The translations under genes and the position numbers were made by a program. A stretch of DNA of 62,901 nucleotides, counting the filler, from Lenisia limosa (lineage: Eukaryota > Protista > Breviatea): assembly GCA_001655205.1 (NCBI GenBank). It is 9 parts of 9 records of this genome, joined end to end, with 100 filler letters (N's around TTAATTAATTAA, not from the genome) between each part and the next. Parts side by side here need not be neighbours in the genome. Positions count along the whole stretch, not along the records: positions 10,803 to 19,190 come from LPNZ01006424.1; positions 19,291 to 28,408 come from LPNZ01002592.1; 7 more parts are not named here. The stretch is one strand, 5' to 3'. This document shows, piece after piece, positions 10,975 to 23,380 of this stretch (position 1 is its first letter; each line of letters begins with the position of its first letter). The notes below the pieces were generated by a model. That model saw only the letters and a program-made list of their open reading frames with translations, did no database searches and was not told the origin of the DNA.

Positions 10975-13900
10975 AGCAAATCGAGGCCATGATGCCTGAG
11001 GGCGCCCCAGTGACTGTTGAGGAGACTTTGAGCCAACTCAAGACCCGTCCAATGCAAGGAACTCTTAATGTCTGCGAGGTTAAGTTCTGCTATGGGGTTA
11101 TCATGGGTCCTTGAAAGTCATTGCTGCACTGTTTTAGAATTACTATGTACACTTTTAAAACCACATTTGATCCATATTTATATATCTATCATTATATGTA
11201 AATATACATACATACATACATGTGTACACACATAGCTATTATATTATGTACAAGGCCAGCTTTCTTGATACCAATCTACCCTCTTTTACGGATAGCCCCC
11301 CCCCCCATACCNNNNNNNNNNNNNNNNNNNNNNNNNNNNNNNNNNNNNNNNNNNNNNNNNNNNNNNNNNNNNNNNNNNNNNNNNNNNNNCACATACTCTC
11401 TCCATCGACGTCTCCTTTATTGCTGCTTGGTGGGTGGTGGTTTCATTGCTCTTCATCATTAACGGCAATCAAAGCGTGACGATAACTGAGGGAGGGGTTT
11501 CAAGAGGGTCTGGTGAAAAACCGAGACTATAAAGCATTAAATGAAGAGATGTGATTTTGTTTCATAGCAGGTCGAAGGTCAAAGAATTAGAGTCAGATCA
11601 TGAATAGTAAATTATTCGTTTTACTACCTTGTTTCTCTGACCGAGTAGTATTTGGGTCTCCATTGTGGTGACTATTGTCGTTTCGGTGCTCTACGGTGCA
11701 ACAGATGTCACCCCGTTCGACATTGACTTGCATGTTGGCATTGCTGGCTTGTTATTTACGCATTGCGTTGAAGCTTATCATCTTTCGTACTACCTTGACA
11801 ATAGAGTAATAATATCACGCGTACTCTCCCCCCCCCCCNNNNNNNNNNNNNNNNNNNNNNNNNNNNNNNNNNNNNNNNNNNNNNNNNNNNNNNNNNNNNN
11901 NNNNNNNNNNNNNNNNNNNNNNNNNNNNNNNNNNNNNNNNCCGACATTCATGCGTGACGGCTTCACAAGACGCAACGTCACCTACCTTATTGGTGTCCTG
12001 GTCGAGTTCTTTCAACTTGCGTCCTTCAGCTTCAGTGATACCATCCCCTGGAGTGAGGTAAGCCGTGATCCGGGGAAATATTGATGATAAATATCAAGCA
12101 CCATTTACTGTCTCTCATATTCCTTTTGATACTTTATGTGTGTAGTTTTTTCTCAGTTTTACCGGCTGTTTAATTGTAGTATGTATACGCCTAGAATAAC
12201 AAGGACCTGATCTTTGCTACAATACTGCCAGAAATCTCATTTCAGTACATATCATATTGGAATAATGTTTCTTTCTCGCTTTTTGTTTGCATGTTCTTCT
12301 GATCACTCCCCTCCTCCAGCTAACAGAGTTGATCTTGATTTTTTTTTTTTTTTTNNNNNNNNNNNNNNNNNNNNNNNNNNNNNNNNNNNNNNNNNNNNNN
12401 NNNNNNNNNNNNNNNNNNNNNNNNNNNNNNNNNNNNNNNNNNNNNNNNNNNNNNNNCAATATGTCCACGTTCTGGTGTATTGTAATGGTGGGTGGCCTTT
12501 TTTATGTATTCTCAATTTGTTTCATCAATACTCTTTGTTTTTACTTCACCTGTATATCATTTTGTGTAATGGAAAAGCAGTAAATTACTTTTCAAAAACA
12601 ATAGCTATGAGAGTCTTGATAAAATGGTTCAAAAATAGTATAATATCATATCCTGAGTTGACTGTCCAGGTTTTCTTTGTTTTGGCATACTTTTCGCTGA
12701 AGAAGAACTGGAAAATTGGATGTCTTCTCAATAGATTGTCTCGCTTCCTCCCTCTTATCAGGTTCGAGGAGGGAAGGGAAAGGGGTCTTACTGATATATG
12801 TATATTACATATCATATGTTTAGTTAGAATACTTGTTTGCTTGCGTTTCCACTCTGCTACCTACATCACTCTCCAGTACCATGATGTTTATCCCCCTCCT
12901 CCGCGCGCTGTTTGTTTTCGAGGCGTGTACTCTGCATAAAGACAGGGGGACGTACATCGGTTTCCGGAATGACCTCTATAATGGTGGGCTAGTACCTTCC
13001 CTTTTTGAGAAAAAGAAAACATGGGCTTCACTTCGGTTCGAAAAAGACCGGTAAAATATCGATAGTTTTTAAGGATTTATGGAGAAATAGTCTTTTTTTG
13101 AACCGTAGTGCAGCTTTAAAAACATACCTCAAATGGAACCAAGGGATACGAATACATAGGAAAACCAAAGCATAAAGCGAACCTTTTCCAAAGGGGAAAA
13201 GCGTGAAAAGAATCTGACCTTATTGTGGCTACTCTTTTTTACATAAGATATCCCCTTTTCCCTTCACACCTCACACTGTAGGGTGGCAGTGCTTCAACTT
13301 TGAGGGTGATTCTCAGTTCAAAGGAAATAACTTCTGTGGGAGGGGGCACAGTATCATAGAAGAAATGATGTCCGTTCATGCTTTTGGCACTGTCAGACTC
13401 CGTCAAATTTATGTATATATAATATATATGATATATATGTAGCCTACTAATCATTGATTATTGCAGACGCGTACGTGGCCCTCTTCCTGATGCCTGTTTT
13501 TGTTCCTGTGGCCATTTCCTCTCAGGTAGGTTAAGAATACGGCAGTGCTTTTGCCAAGAACTGCACCAAACTGGTTAGGGTATCATTGATATTCCAGGGC
13601 TTATGGCAAGAGTTGTCTTCGGCTTCTCTTAACTTCAAAAATGACCCTCTCTTCTTGATCTTCCTCTCCTCTTTTAAGGTTTGAGGTTAACTATGTTATT
13701 CCTTTGCTATCATGTATGCTGGGGAGGCACGCAGAAAGCTGTGTGCGCAGTGTTGTAAGGCAAATGATTGGGTGAATTACTGTTAATATACTATAATTCA
13801 ATATCTTTTATAAGCGTGATGATGTGGTCGGCTTTGGCCAGATAAAACCTCGTTTTTTATTTCTCATTGCTATATTATATGCTTAAGGGTTTTTTTTGTG

Positions 13901-14942
13901 TGTGCATCAATCAGTGCATCAAGGCCATTCCTTTCGTATCTACTACCACACTATCCCACTCTTTTCTCTTATCATTTCCCCCCAGTACGTTCTTGTGTTG
14001 ACGACATCCATGTTTTCCCGGTACCATATGCTGTACCTTTCAATTGTCGCGTGCGGTACAGCTTTTATTGGGACGTTTACCTTGATACGACGACCTTGTT
14101 CCGTCAGTATGTTGGGCGTTGAGGTGCTCTTTCAGATTTGTCATTTTCGGTAAAATGTATATATTACATATCGAGGATATTGCGTCTGCTTTCTTCAGGC
14201 TACTATTACCTTAGACTTGTTTTGTAATGGCAAACTCAACGTTTTAGAATGGTCGAATATTCTGAGAGGCTACCTCTACCTTATGGTGTCTTGGTCAGCC
14301 ATCTGCTCGTTTGTCACGGGTGCGTGGGCTGTGAGAGAGTAATATATATATCGATATGTAAATAATTATATTATAAAATAACTAAGGGGGAGGCCTGAGG
14401 GAGGGTGGACGTTGAGCACCTTCTACTGTTTTACGAAAATAATACAATTGGCACTAAATACACGTTTTACTTCAATGCTGTAGCCAGTCTAATCCATAAA
14501 ATACCTCTCTATTCCTTTGCTCCAGATGTTAAATTCGAAGAATAGATTCACAGTTTTGAAATGAACAATTTCACAATGCAGTCCTTTTAAATGACACGTC
14601 GAATCGCTATCCTTTCTTTGCACTATGCCTTGGGTAAGTCACAAAATTGGGGAGTTGACCTCTGTTTCCTTCTCCTTACCTGTGAAGTTTCCTTATTCTT
14701 CGTTTTCCCTGTGGTTTTACTGCAATTATAATTCACCCACCTCTCTCTCCCTAGATGGACCATTTTCTTCCTCTGTCTCATCATCTTTGGCTTAAAAACA
14801 AAGAAGGCTGATAAACTTCGAAGAGAAGCTGAGGTGGGGGGTATTTGATGAGCTAATCATTTTACTGTGATATATTTCCTGACTTGACTTTTGTATTTTC
14901 TTTCGTTATCTCGTAAAGCGAGTCAAAGGTAACCATTCTTGA
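10975..14942 (+). CDS. Multi-pass membrane protein (TmcB/TmcC-type transmembrane module suspected), multi-exon, 5' end uncertain
   Basis: Hydrophobic splice-bounded exons: SIDVSFIAAWWVVVSLLFII, IWVSIVVTIVVSVLYG, TYLIGVLVEFFQLASFSFSDTIPWSE, MFIPLLRALFVFEAC, AYVALFLMPVFVPVAISSQ, LWQELSSASLNFKNDPLFLIFLSSFK, LYLSIVACGTAFIGTFTLIRRP, NILRGYLYLMVSWSAICSFV, WTIFFLCLIIFGLKTKKADKLRREAE. The family assignment is by memory only. Confidence 0.7.
13023..13116. mobile_element. MITE family M1 copy (intronic, right end decayed)
   Basis: gggcttcacttcggttcgaaaaagacc...ttttttgaaccgtagtgcagctt. Confidence 0.85.
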
Positions 14943-15047
14943 TAACTAAAACCAAACAGTCAATTTCGAAGCGTTGTGTCGATTGTGTTAATTTAGAGAT
15001 ATTGTTAACACAGTAAGCCGAACAATTATCCCACGCCAAGAACACAT

Positions 15048-16250
15048 TCACTCCTCTTCATTAAAACTATCCTCGCTGTCTGACTCATCATCGAGAGAAC
15101 CTCTTTAATTAGAGTTAGATTAACAACGAATGGCTCATACCTTCCCTTGAAATAAAAGCTGTTATTGCACTTTTTAGAACTTCTTCACAGTTGAAGCATT
15201 TCCCTTCAAAGTGACCAACAGTCCAATCAATACCTTAATCATAAAATTGCAAAAAAACAAAAAAAACAAGCTTAAATGTGTCCACATAGGGTAATTAGGA
15301 ACTTCTTCCTTTTTTTTGGAAGATTTGGCACTCTTCGTTTTCTTGGCAAGAGAAAACGGGAGCTCTCGTAGTTCTGAATTTTCTGAAAGTAGTCAATTAC
15401 CAACAGCAAAAGTGCCTGAAATGCCAACCAGGGTGAAATCAAAGATGGAACGAAGCGTGAAGTCCTCTTCCGAACTTCAACACCCGGAAAAGGTCGCTGG
15501 GAAGGTTGGTGAAAGCAATATGGTAAAAGGTACCAAAAAGCATTCAACATAGGCACAATGGGGCTTGAGTAGCGGGCCCAATAGAGATCTCCTTGCGAAC
15601 GCTCTGAGCAAACTGATACTGTTGCAAACGGAGGGCCGTCGCCAAGACTCCACTTCTATCCTTGATGACATGCTCGCGCAAGGGACCAAGGTTCAAAGAA
15701 GAGAATCCGGCGAGTTCGAGTTATCTGTAGGATTTTCAATGGGACTCCATTACGTTGAGGGTCGTACCGCCCTTCAGCATTAGATTCCGTATAGCTTATA
15801 CAGTCCAAATATCGCATCAAAAGAACACAAATATGACCCACCTTGTTCTTGAACTCTTTCGGAGTTTGTTAGACTTCGCCTTACTTAGATTATTGTGTTA
15901 TCTATGATTCCCAATATATGATGTACTAGTATAATATCATATCATAATATATATTATAACTAATTTTAATCTTTGCTTCTTAGGGAACTTTCTGCAACAT
16001 TTCCCCTAACCTCGCCAGGCTAAAGACGAGGATTTTGTTGAGATGGACCCTGCCAACGCGGTCGCAGCATCGTCTGGCGCTGCAGGGGCGGCTGGAGGAG
16101 CCTTGGCTGTCGCGAATATGCAGTTCTAGTGATGGGGTTTTTTTGATATCATTTTGTGATGTACAATATTTCCGTTTCCAATGCGGCCGTCTCATGAGGT
16201 TTTGGTTGGGGAACATCGATCGGCGAAAACATGACTACACTACGGCGCAT
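15048..16250 (-). CDS. Multi-exon gene of unknown function
   Basis: Candidate exons MRRSVVMFSPIDVPQPKPHETAALE, FATAKAPPAAPAAPDDAATALAGSISTKSSSLAWR, LGPLREHVIKDRSGVLATALRLQQYQFAQSVRK, IDWTVGHFEGKCFNCEEVLKSAITAF, RGSLDDESDSEDSFNEEE*. Several splice sites are unresolved. Confidence 0.45.
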
Positions 16251-16767
16251 GGACTTGGGATTACCTTGTAGTATTTGGGAATCCCAAAATTCCTGGATCC
16301 ATGTGAAATCTGGGAATTCCTGTTTTCACAAGAATTCCAAATCGATGCGCTAAGGGTGAATAATAAACTACATGACATTTTAACCCATACATGATATGAT
16401 CATATACCGACTTTCAAGTCGAAAATGAACGAAGATGGGACTTCTCGGTCAATTATCATACGAGTGGATTTGAGGTATCATATCACTGCGTGGAAAGTGA
16501 GAGTGCACACTTGTGAAAATGATCCAAAAAGTGATATGTTGAGATATTAACACATTTCTAGAACCGTGAAGCAGTTGAGAAATCGACTTTGTGCGTATTT
16601 TCTCAGGCTTGGGATATTTTCCTTCTTCAATATGCGTTATTATAGTGGCAGCTCAAAGGTTCGTGACACTATTAAATACTCTTTTACACAAACAAAAACC
16701 TTCAGCACCTACACACACCTCCTAATTAGAAATACACTAGAGCAGCGAAGAATCTGCAAACGACACT

Positions 16768-19140
16768 TCAGGCATATTGTCCGTCATCATACTGGCCGAT
16801 CGCGGGTCTTGACTGGGGGGAGGGTAAAAAGGGGCACATTGAACAATGCAATAAATGTCAATGAAGAACTGACTTTTCTGCAATTGAGAAAGTTCATTCT
16901 TTTCAAAAAGAGGATAAGCTTGCCCATGGGTACCTTGGCGATGGCATGACAGACGTATCCAAAGGGCCTTGGTGGCCATGCAGCATGCCTTGGCTCCATT
17001 TCATCCAGTCGCTCTGCAAACTGTCCACTGTCTGTCGTAGCACCTACATCGTCAATATATGAAGTAAATGGTAGCACGTTGTATTTGTAAGCTGTTAGTT
17101 GTAACTAAGCACATTTATATTCGGGTCACCTTCATTCTAAAAAAACATATTCCGCGAGAAATCCCAAAAAAAACCAAAGAGACCCTCCCACCTGGCTTTC
17201 TCTCCTATGAAACTCCTTGGACTTCTCAGCCGCATTCAGCTTGTTCATTGTGCTGGTGCCAACTGCGTCGGCCTCCACCTGGGCTACTTCGGCTGAGGCT
17301 CGCCACCGTGCTATCTAGGGGAGGGGTGAGGGGCAGTCTACATTGGAGTTTGACTGTATCCCAGCCTTGATGCCAGGAACCATCATAATCAAGCTTCATG
17401 AACCTCTCACCTCGCGCTCAAGAATCCTCATTTGTGCTTCAGCCTCAGTTTTACTATCGTGAACTGAAAAGTGAGTATCAGCGTTGGGGGGGGGGGGGNN
17501 NNNNNNNNNNNNNNNNNNNNNNNNNNNNNNNNNNNNNNNNNNNNNNNNNNNNNNNNNNNNNNNNNNNNNNNNNNNNNNNNNNNNNNNNNNNNNNNNNNNN
17601 NNNNNNNNNNNNNNGTCGCGCTCCTTACTCAAACGGGCCACTTCCCCTGTGCAGTCCTTAGCACCTACGGGGTAAATGTATTGGGAAAGAGACGAAATAC
17701 TGGCGTATGGAGGACGTCATAAGATGAGACGCTGATGATCAGGCAATTCCTTCTTTACATTTCCTATTTTGAGATATCCACTCCTTACGTGCAAGGTTGA
17801 CAGACGCTTCCGCTCTGAGTTTGGCAAGCTCAGAAGAGGCGTCGAAGAGGTCTTCGTCTTTACTTTTCATCTGGGGGGAGTGAAAATGGACATTTATGAT
17901 AAAAAAACTCCCAAACAACCAAAAGGGTTAACAAAAACCAATACAAGCACATATTGTAGATTCAACACAGGGAAGTAAGTAGTCTGAATACCATATTCTG
18001 GAGGTCATCAAGGGCCTGGGCCTTGGTTTTTACTGCGGATGTCAGTCCTTCAACCTTTTCCAACTAAAACAGTGAGGAAGGGGCACCTAAGATGCAGCTA
18101 CTGATCCAACAATCCAGGTCATTCACACTGAAATCATTATTCTGTTAAATACATACCAGGGTTGCGATTTCCGATCTAGCATTGATCAAACTAGTGTTCG
18201 CAGTGAGGGTCTCCTCCTTAAATGTCACATGGGGATCGCAAAAGAGAAAGCATTCATATTTACTCCCATACAACTAAAAATAGAGTTGAATGGGGTGCAA
18301 CAGCAAGATGGAAAGGAAGCAAGATGAATAACAACAATATAAAAGGAGAAAAAGACAAAATACGCTGATAAAGCTCGAGTATGGAAGAAATCTCAGCAAC
18401 TGCCTCTATGCTGACCTTAGCGCTATTGAGCTCCTCATCATAACGCTCCTTCACGGCTGCCACCTCCTCAATCAGACGGGCGATCTAGAGAGTGAGAAAC
18501 TGAATATTCAGAGGTACATATCATATTGGTTGAGTTTCCTCGTTTGTGAGCGTGGGGTATACCTAAGAAATATAAATATAAGAAATGATATATTATAACT
18601 CTTTAAGCAATACTACACGATTTTTACTCAAGAGTATTGTACCCCCCCTTCTCCCTCCTCACTTCATCCTTCCAACTCTCCGATTCCTGAAGTGCCTTCG
18701 TTTCTCCTAGTTCCAACTAAAGACAGTCACAGCGGTGTGATTGTGTTGGTAAAGCAATATCAAAGATACAAATATAAATACAAGGGATTCTATCAGCAGA
18801 ACCACCATTAGATATGTAGAGTATTTCCATAAGTTAAGTAGAGTAGGCTGGTTTAAGGAAATCACTTTCAGCCTAAAAAGGAAACTATCCATGTTTTTCT
18901 TTCATTTTCCGTCTATAGTTGCGGCCCCTCACACCTTAGACAGGGCATCTCGAGCCCGACTTTCAGCCTGTTCAGCCCGAGTGGTGAGTACATCCAAGCT
19001 GGCCTGCGCTGCAGAAGCCTCTGCCTCGGCTTGTCCTAGGTTGTAATAATGCCATTTTTCCTTTATTGACACGAAGCCAATAATAAGGTCCTCAGATATA
19101 GCATCCAAAGCCAGGCCAAATATGGCACGGACTAGGTACT
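16768..19140 (-). CDS. Coiled-coil protein of unknown function, multi-exon, 5' end in or beyond a gap
   Basis: Exons QAEAEASAAQASLDVLTTRAEQAESRARDALSK, RLIEEVAAVKERYDEELNSAKVSIEAVAEISSILELYQR, KDEDLFDASSELAKLRAEASVNLARKEWIS, HDSKTEAEAQMRILERE, all with heptad-like composition and GT-AG borders. Confidence 0.6.
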
Positions 19141-19290
19141 ACAAGAAAATACATGAGGATATATCCCAAATGTGATAATTTCAACCATCTNNNNNNNNNN
19201 NNNNNNNNNNNNNNNNNNNNNNNNNNNNNNNNNNTTAATTAATTAANNNNNNNNNNNNNNNNNNNNNNNNNNNNNNNNNNNNNNNNNNNN

Positions 19291-19450
19291 GGCTCTTTCA
19301 AAAAAATGTCTGTAGCTGCAAAAATTAACCTTGTATTTTTTTTTATTATTTTGTTCATAAAATTAGCACTTTTATCTCATTTTTTAAACACAGACACTGC
19401 CACCCCCTTTTTAGATAAGCCAAAAAAAGGAGGGGTGGGGTTGTACCATA
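19291..19450 (+). repeat. Dispersed repeat R2 (probable TE end fragment)
   Basis: ggctcttt.aaaaaa.gtctgtag.tgcaaaaattaacc... is also at about 54406-54500, and its reverse complement is at about 32258-32308. Confidence 0.7.
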
Positions 19451-19948
19451 CTGGGTTTTACGTAATCAATTTCTATAAGCACAAAAAAATATCTCCTTTT
19501 GACCCCGCAAGGGGGGCAAGCGGAGAACAAATTGTCAATAAATACCCGGGAACCCCTAATGTAGGTGGTACCCGGGTATTTTTGAAAATTATATTTCTCT
19601 TGCCTCTTGGCAATATTGATGAAATAAGAACACAACTTGAAACAACCGTCATACCTCGAATACTGCTCAGAGATTTTCAAACTCTTATTATTGGATAACT
19701 GGGGTAATTTTTTTTTAAAAAAAATTATCAAACCAAAAAAATAGACCCTCGCGGGAAAATTGTCAAAAATAATATTTTCCTCAAAACCTGTTTTTCTGTA
19801 CTTAGAACCTATTAATTCTCAAATTCTGGCGAAAATTGACGCTACTACAGTTGTAAAAAACCGACAGATGTAAAAATGGACCCCTTTGTAAAAATGGACC
19901 CTTTTTAGGGACTCGATATGACATAATATATAAATAAATATTATTTAA

Positions 19949-22754
19949 GGTGGTCGGTTTATGGTTTTTTGGCGAGGTAGAGTGCAGATTGTGCTCTCCT
20001 TTGGAAAATGAAATGAACAGAAAGTGTCGTTTTATTAAAGTGACAAAGGTCGACAGGAAGAGCCATCATAAAATCTGGTTAGAGATCAAAAACAAAGTTT
20101 GGCTGTATTTCACTTATTTCAACCATTTACCCCGCTCTAATTATGTCAGTATACTCTTGATTCTCTTCTACCGAGTCATCTATTCATTGACACTGAAGTG
20201 TATACCCCAGAACAGCGTATCAGTGATTTTTCGAATAATATTTTTGTTTTTCGGTGTTGCCTTTTCCCAGCTACTCCCCTTTACAGGAGCTCTTTCATGA
20301 TTCCTGAATACAAATACTTGTTTTATTAACTTGTTCTTTGGATCATTTGCCTTCTGACTAAGTGAGAGCAAGATCAAAGCACACTGTGCAAGTAAATACG
20401 TTTTGTTTAGCGTAACATGTTTTTCATGAATTTTTATTGCCCTAAGCTTTACAATATTCCTTTTAAATTTCATTATTTTCTGAAATGTTCCCTGTAACCT
20501 TTATTTTAGATATGCCATATGTGTTTTATGAAGATGGAAGAAAAGAGAGAAATATCCATTTACACACTTCCCAACTCTTCACAAAAATACAACATTTACA
20601 GTTTAAGAAGATATTTTACCCTCTCCAACTAGCACCAGAACTTGCTTCAACAGCTCAGTGTATTGACGTTTTCGATCGATTCAGTCTTCTAAAGAGTAAA
20701 CAATGAACAGGAGGTGTTCTAGTAATACAGTTAATACACATACATAGTTATCATATGCTAATAGCATTTAATACGATTATTGGGTGTTCTTAGAAATTGG
20801 CCTCTAAAAACGTGAAAATTCATTGAATGTCACAAAAACTGAAACAAATACACTAAACAATGACCAAATTGATAATTTTCTTAATATTGCAGGAAAATTC
20901 ATACCCGGGGGGCCCGGGGTACCTTTTTTGAAAGACAGGTCCAAAAATCTTGCTGTTTTTGGTGTTTTCTGTTTTTCTAAGATTTCGGGAAAAGTTTGCG
21001 GAACAAAACTTTTGTGATATTTTTGTGAATTTGACCTCAAAAGTTCCAGAAAGTTCCTTACTTGCCTAATTGAAAAAACGGTTTTAATAGTCGAAAAAAC
21101 AGCCTTTTATAATAACTTTAGTAGACTCGAGATATAAAGCCTGGCATTTTGACTGAAATTACCAAAGATGAGAAATTCGAGAATTTGGTAATTTCAGTCA
21201 AAAAGTCGAGCTTTATATCTCGAGTCTACTAAAGTTATTATAAAATCTGCTTCGACCATATTTAGGGTTTTAGGGGTCTGGCTTTCGGTTTCTAACGTCA
21301 TAAGTTGTAAAGGGCTGTAAGATAAAGAAAAGGCTGTTTTTTTCGACTTTTAAAACCCTGTTTTCCCAATTAGGCAAGTAAAGAATTTCTGGAACTTTTG
21401 GGGTCAAATTCACAAAAATATCACAAAAGTTNNNNNNNNNNCTACTTCCGCAAACTTTTTCCAGAATCAAAGAAAAACGGAAAACACCAAAAACAGCAAG
21501 ATTTTTGGACCTGTCTTTCAAGGTATCCCGGGCTCCAGGCTCCAGGTATAAATTTTCCTGGAATTTTAAGATAATTATCAATTTTGTCATTATTTAGTAT
21601 TTGTTTCAGTTTTTTTGGGCATTCAATGGATTTTTACGTTTTTAGAGGCCAATTTCTCAAAAGAACACCCAATAATCGGATATAATCGGATTAAATGCTC
21701 TTAGTATATACATATCGATATATCAAACCGTCCAAATATCTGTCAATTTTCCTCTATCTGTGAAAACAAGCCAAATGAACATTTTCCTTGATAGATTAAG
21801 TTGAGTATTACAGTATTTATCATACATATAATGTTAATTCATTTCATTTTTGAGGATCATCTTCAGAATTTACTTCAATTAAAAACNNNNNNNNNNNNNN
21901 NNNNNNNNNNNNNNNNNNNNNNNNNNNNNNNNNNNNNNNNNNNNNNNNNNNNNNNNNNNNNNNNNNNNNNNNNNNNNNNNNNNNNNTGACAAATAAGCAG
22001 CAATCTTGCCAAAAAAACAATGTTGTTATCAACAAATAAAAGTTATTGTCATTTTTGTTAGCAAAATTTTCCGGATATTTCAAAAAAATTCACAGATATA
22101 TGGACGGTGTGATATGTAGTATAACATGTATGTAATCGTCTTATGTAAAACATGATGATATATTTGGAACAAGCATTGGGTTCTTCTTGTTCTATGTAGT
22201 TAGGCATCATAGCGGAGAACCCTATATTCAGAGAGGAAGCATTCATTTTTAATTCGTTAAATCTGCGATTGAGCCGTAATAATCATACTACGAGACAACT
22301 CAAAGATAACAGCAAGATCAGTTAAAAGAGATCACTGAGAAAACCATTACTAAACCCGTTCCATCAGCATTACACACCTTCAAAACATGACAACCAGCGG
22401 AGGAAGAAGGGAGAGGTGCACTAGCTGACCAGGAGGAAGCCAACCTGAAGGATGAGAGAACGACACTCAGTTTAAGGTGATGGTGTCAGGTCATTTTTTG
22501 GGGGGAAACTTCTCCAACCACGATCAGTAATAGGGTTAAATAAATAGCATTATCTTAAATTGACAGCGTAAGAAGAGGCAAAGGAACGAAAAAATAAAAT
22601 TTTTTATGGGTGTGAGACCTTGCCTTTCTTGTGCTCATTTACTTGCTACAATCATATATACTCAAATGAAAATTGCCAAAGGATGTTAAAATCTACACAT
22701 TTTTCGAAAAATTCAAAAAAAATCCGCCAAAAATGACCCAATCAACCGACCACC
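19949..22754. mobile_element. TTAA-flanked TIR element of about 2.8 kb (Kolobok-like, inferred), decayed
   Basis: TTAA (19945-48)|GGTGGTCGGTT ... AACCGACCACC|TTAA (22755-58). The inverted repeat is perfect for 11 bp, with further imperfect similarity (ttttggcg / cgccaaaa). Internal reading frames carry stops and frameshifts. Confidence 0.6.
20753..21709. mobile_element. Foldback (long inverted repeat) element of about 960 bp nested in the TTAA element
   Basis: 20753-21166 is mirrored by 21184-21709. The near-perfect inner arms include ttttataataactttagtagactcgagatataaagc / gctttatatctcgagtctactaaagttattataaaa, and gacaggtccaaaaatcttgctgtttttggtgtttt is also mirrored. Confidence 0.9.
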
Positions 22755-23046
22755 TTAAAAAAACACAGTGAAAAAAAAAAAACAGGCAAACTTCTTGTTG
22801 GGTGGAGGAATCCAATCTTAACCTTGAACAAATATCTTCCAAAAAAAATTCTGTGATTGAATAACACCGGACAGGAATTTTCAAAATAGGAGCAGGTGAT
22901 CTCACTGATGCAAAAAATCTAAAAACAATTAACAGAAAAAACATCAAAGAAAAGAAACTTTGGTGACAAGTCATCGTGATGTCAAAAATATGACGCATCT
23001 GACGCCCAAATATGGCAAATGTCATTTAAATATGACTTTTTCATAC

Positions 23047-23082
23047 AGTCACTGTACCTGAGTTGAACCATGTACTTGAGTT
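23047..23082 (+). repeat. 36-bp direct repeat, partner at 25345-25380
   Basis: agtcactgtacctgagttgaaYcatgtacttgagtt at both positions with one mismatch, bracketing the pogo-like pseudogene. Confidence 0.9.
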
Positions 23083-23380
23083 GAATCAAGTGGTCTGAAA
23101 TCTCATTTTTAGCGGACCAATTATTAAAAAAAACTGTTTGAACCACAGAAATAAAAAAATTTGATAAAATTAAGGGAATAAATTTCTAATTTCGTAATTT
23201 CATCATTTTGAACTGAAATAAGGTCATCTAGATACCTTATCTCGGTTTTTATTTGAAACCACCCTATTTTTAATTTAGTATAAAAAGTGACAAAAATTGT
23301 AATTTTTTATTTTGCTTGTTTGTTTAGCTATACTCTCTGACTTTGTTGTTAGGTAGCTTTAAGGTTGTTAATAAGCCCAT

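Noticed and set aside
13810-13873. Repeat R1 as a C/D-box snoRNA (GTGATGA in one copy)
   Set aside because: The C box is imperfect in most copies and a terminal CTGA D box is not conserved.
15316-15783. Plus-strand ORFs 15316-15552 and 15565-15783
   Set aside because: They have no recognisable motifs, and splice-bounded exons favour the minus strand, so these are likely antisense shadows.
20180-20473. KQVFVFRNHERAP as a histidine-phosphatase RHGxRxP motif
   Set aside because: The motif is imperfect (RNHER), no downstream HD motif or supporting exons were found, and it lies inside a decayed TE-like interval.
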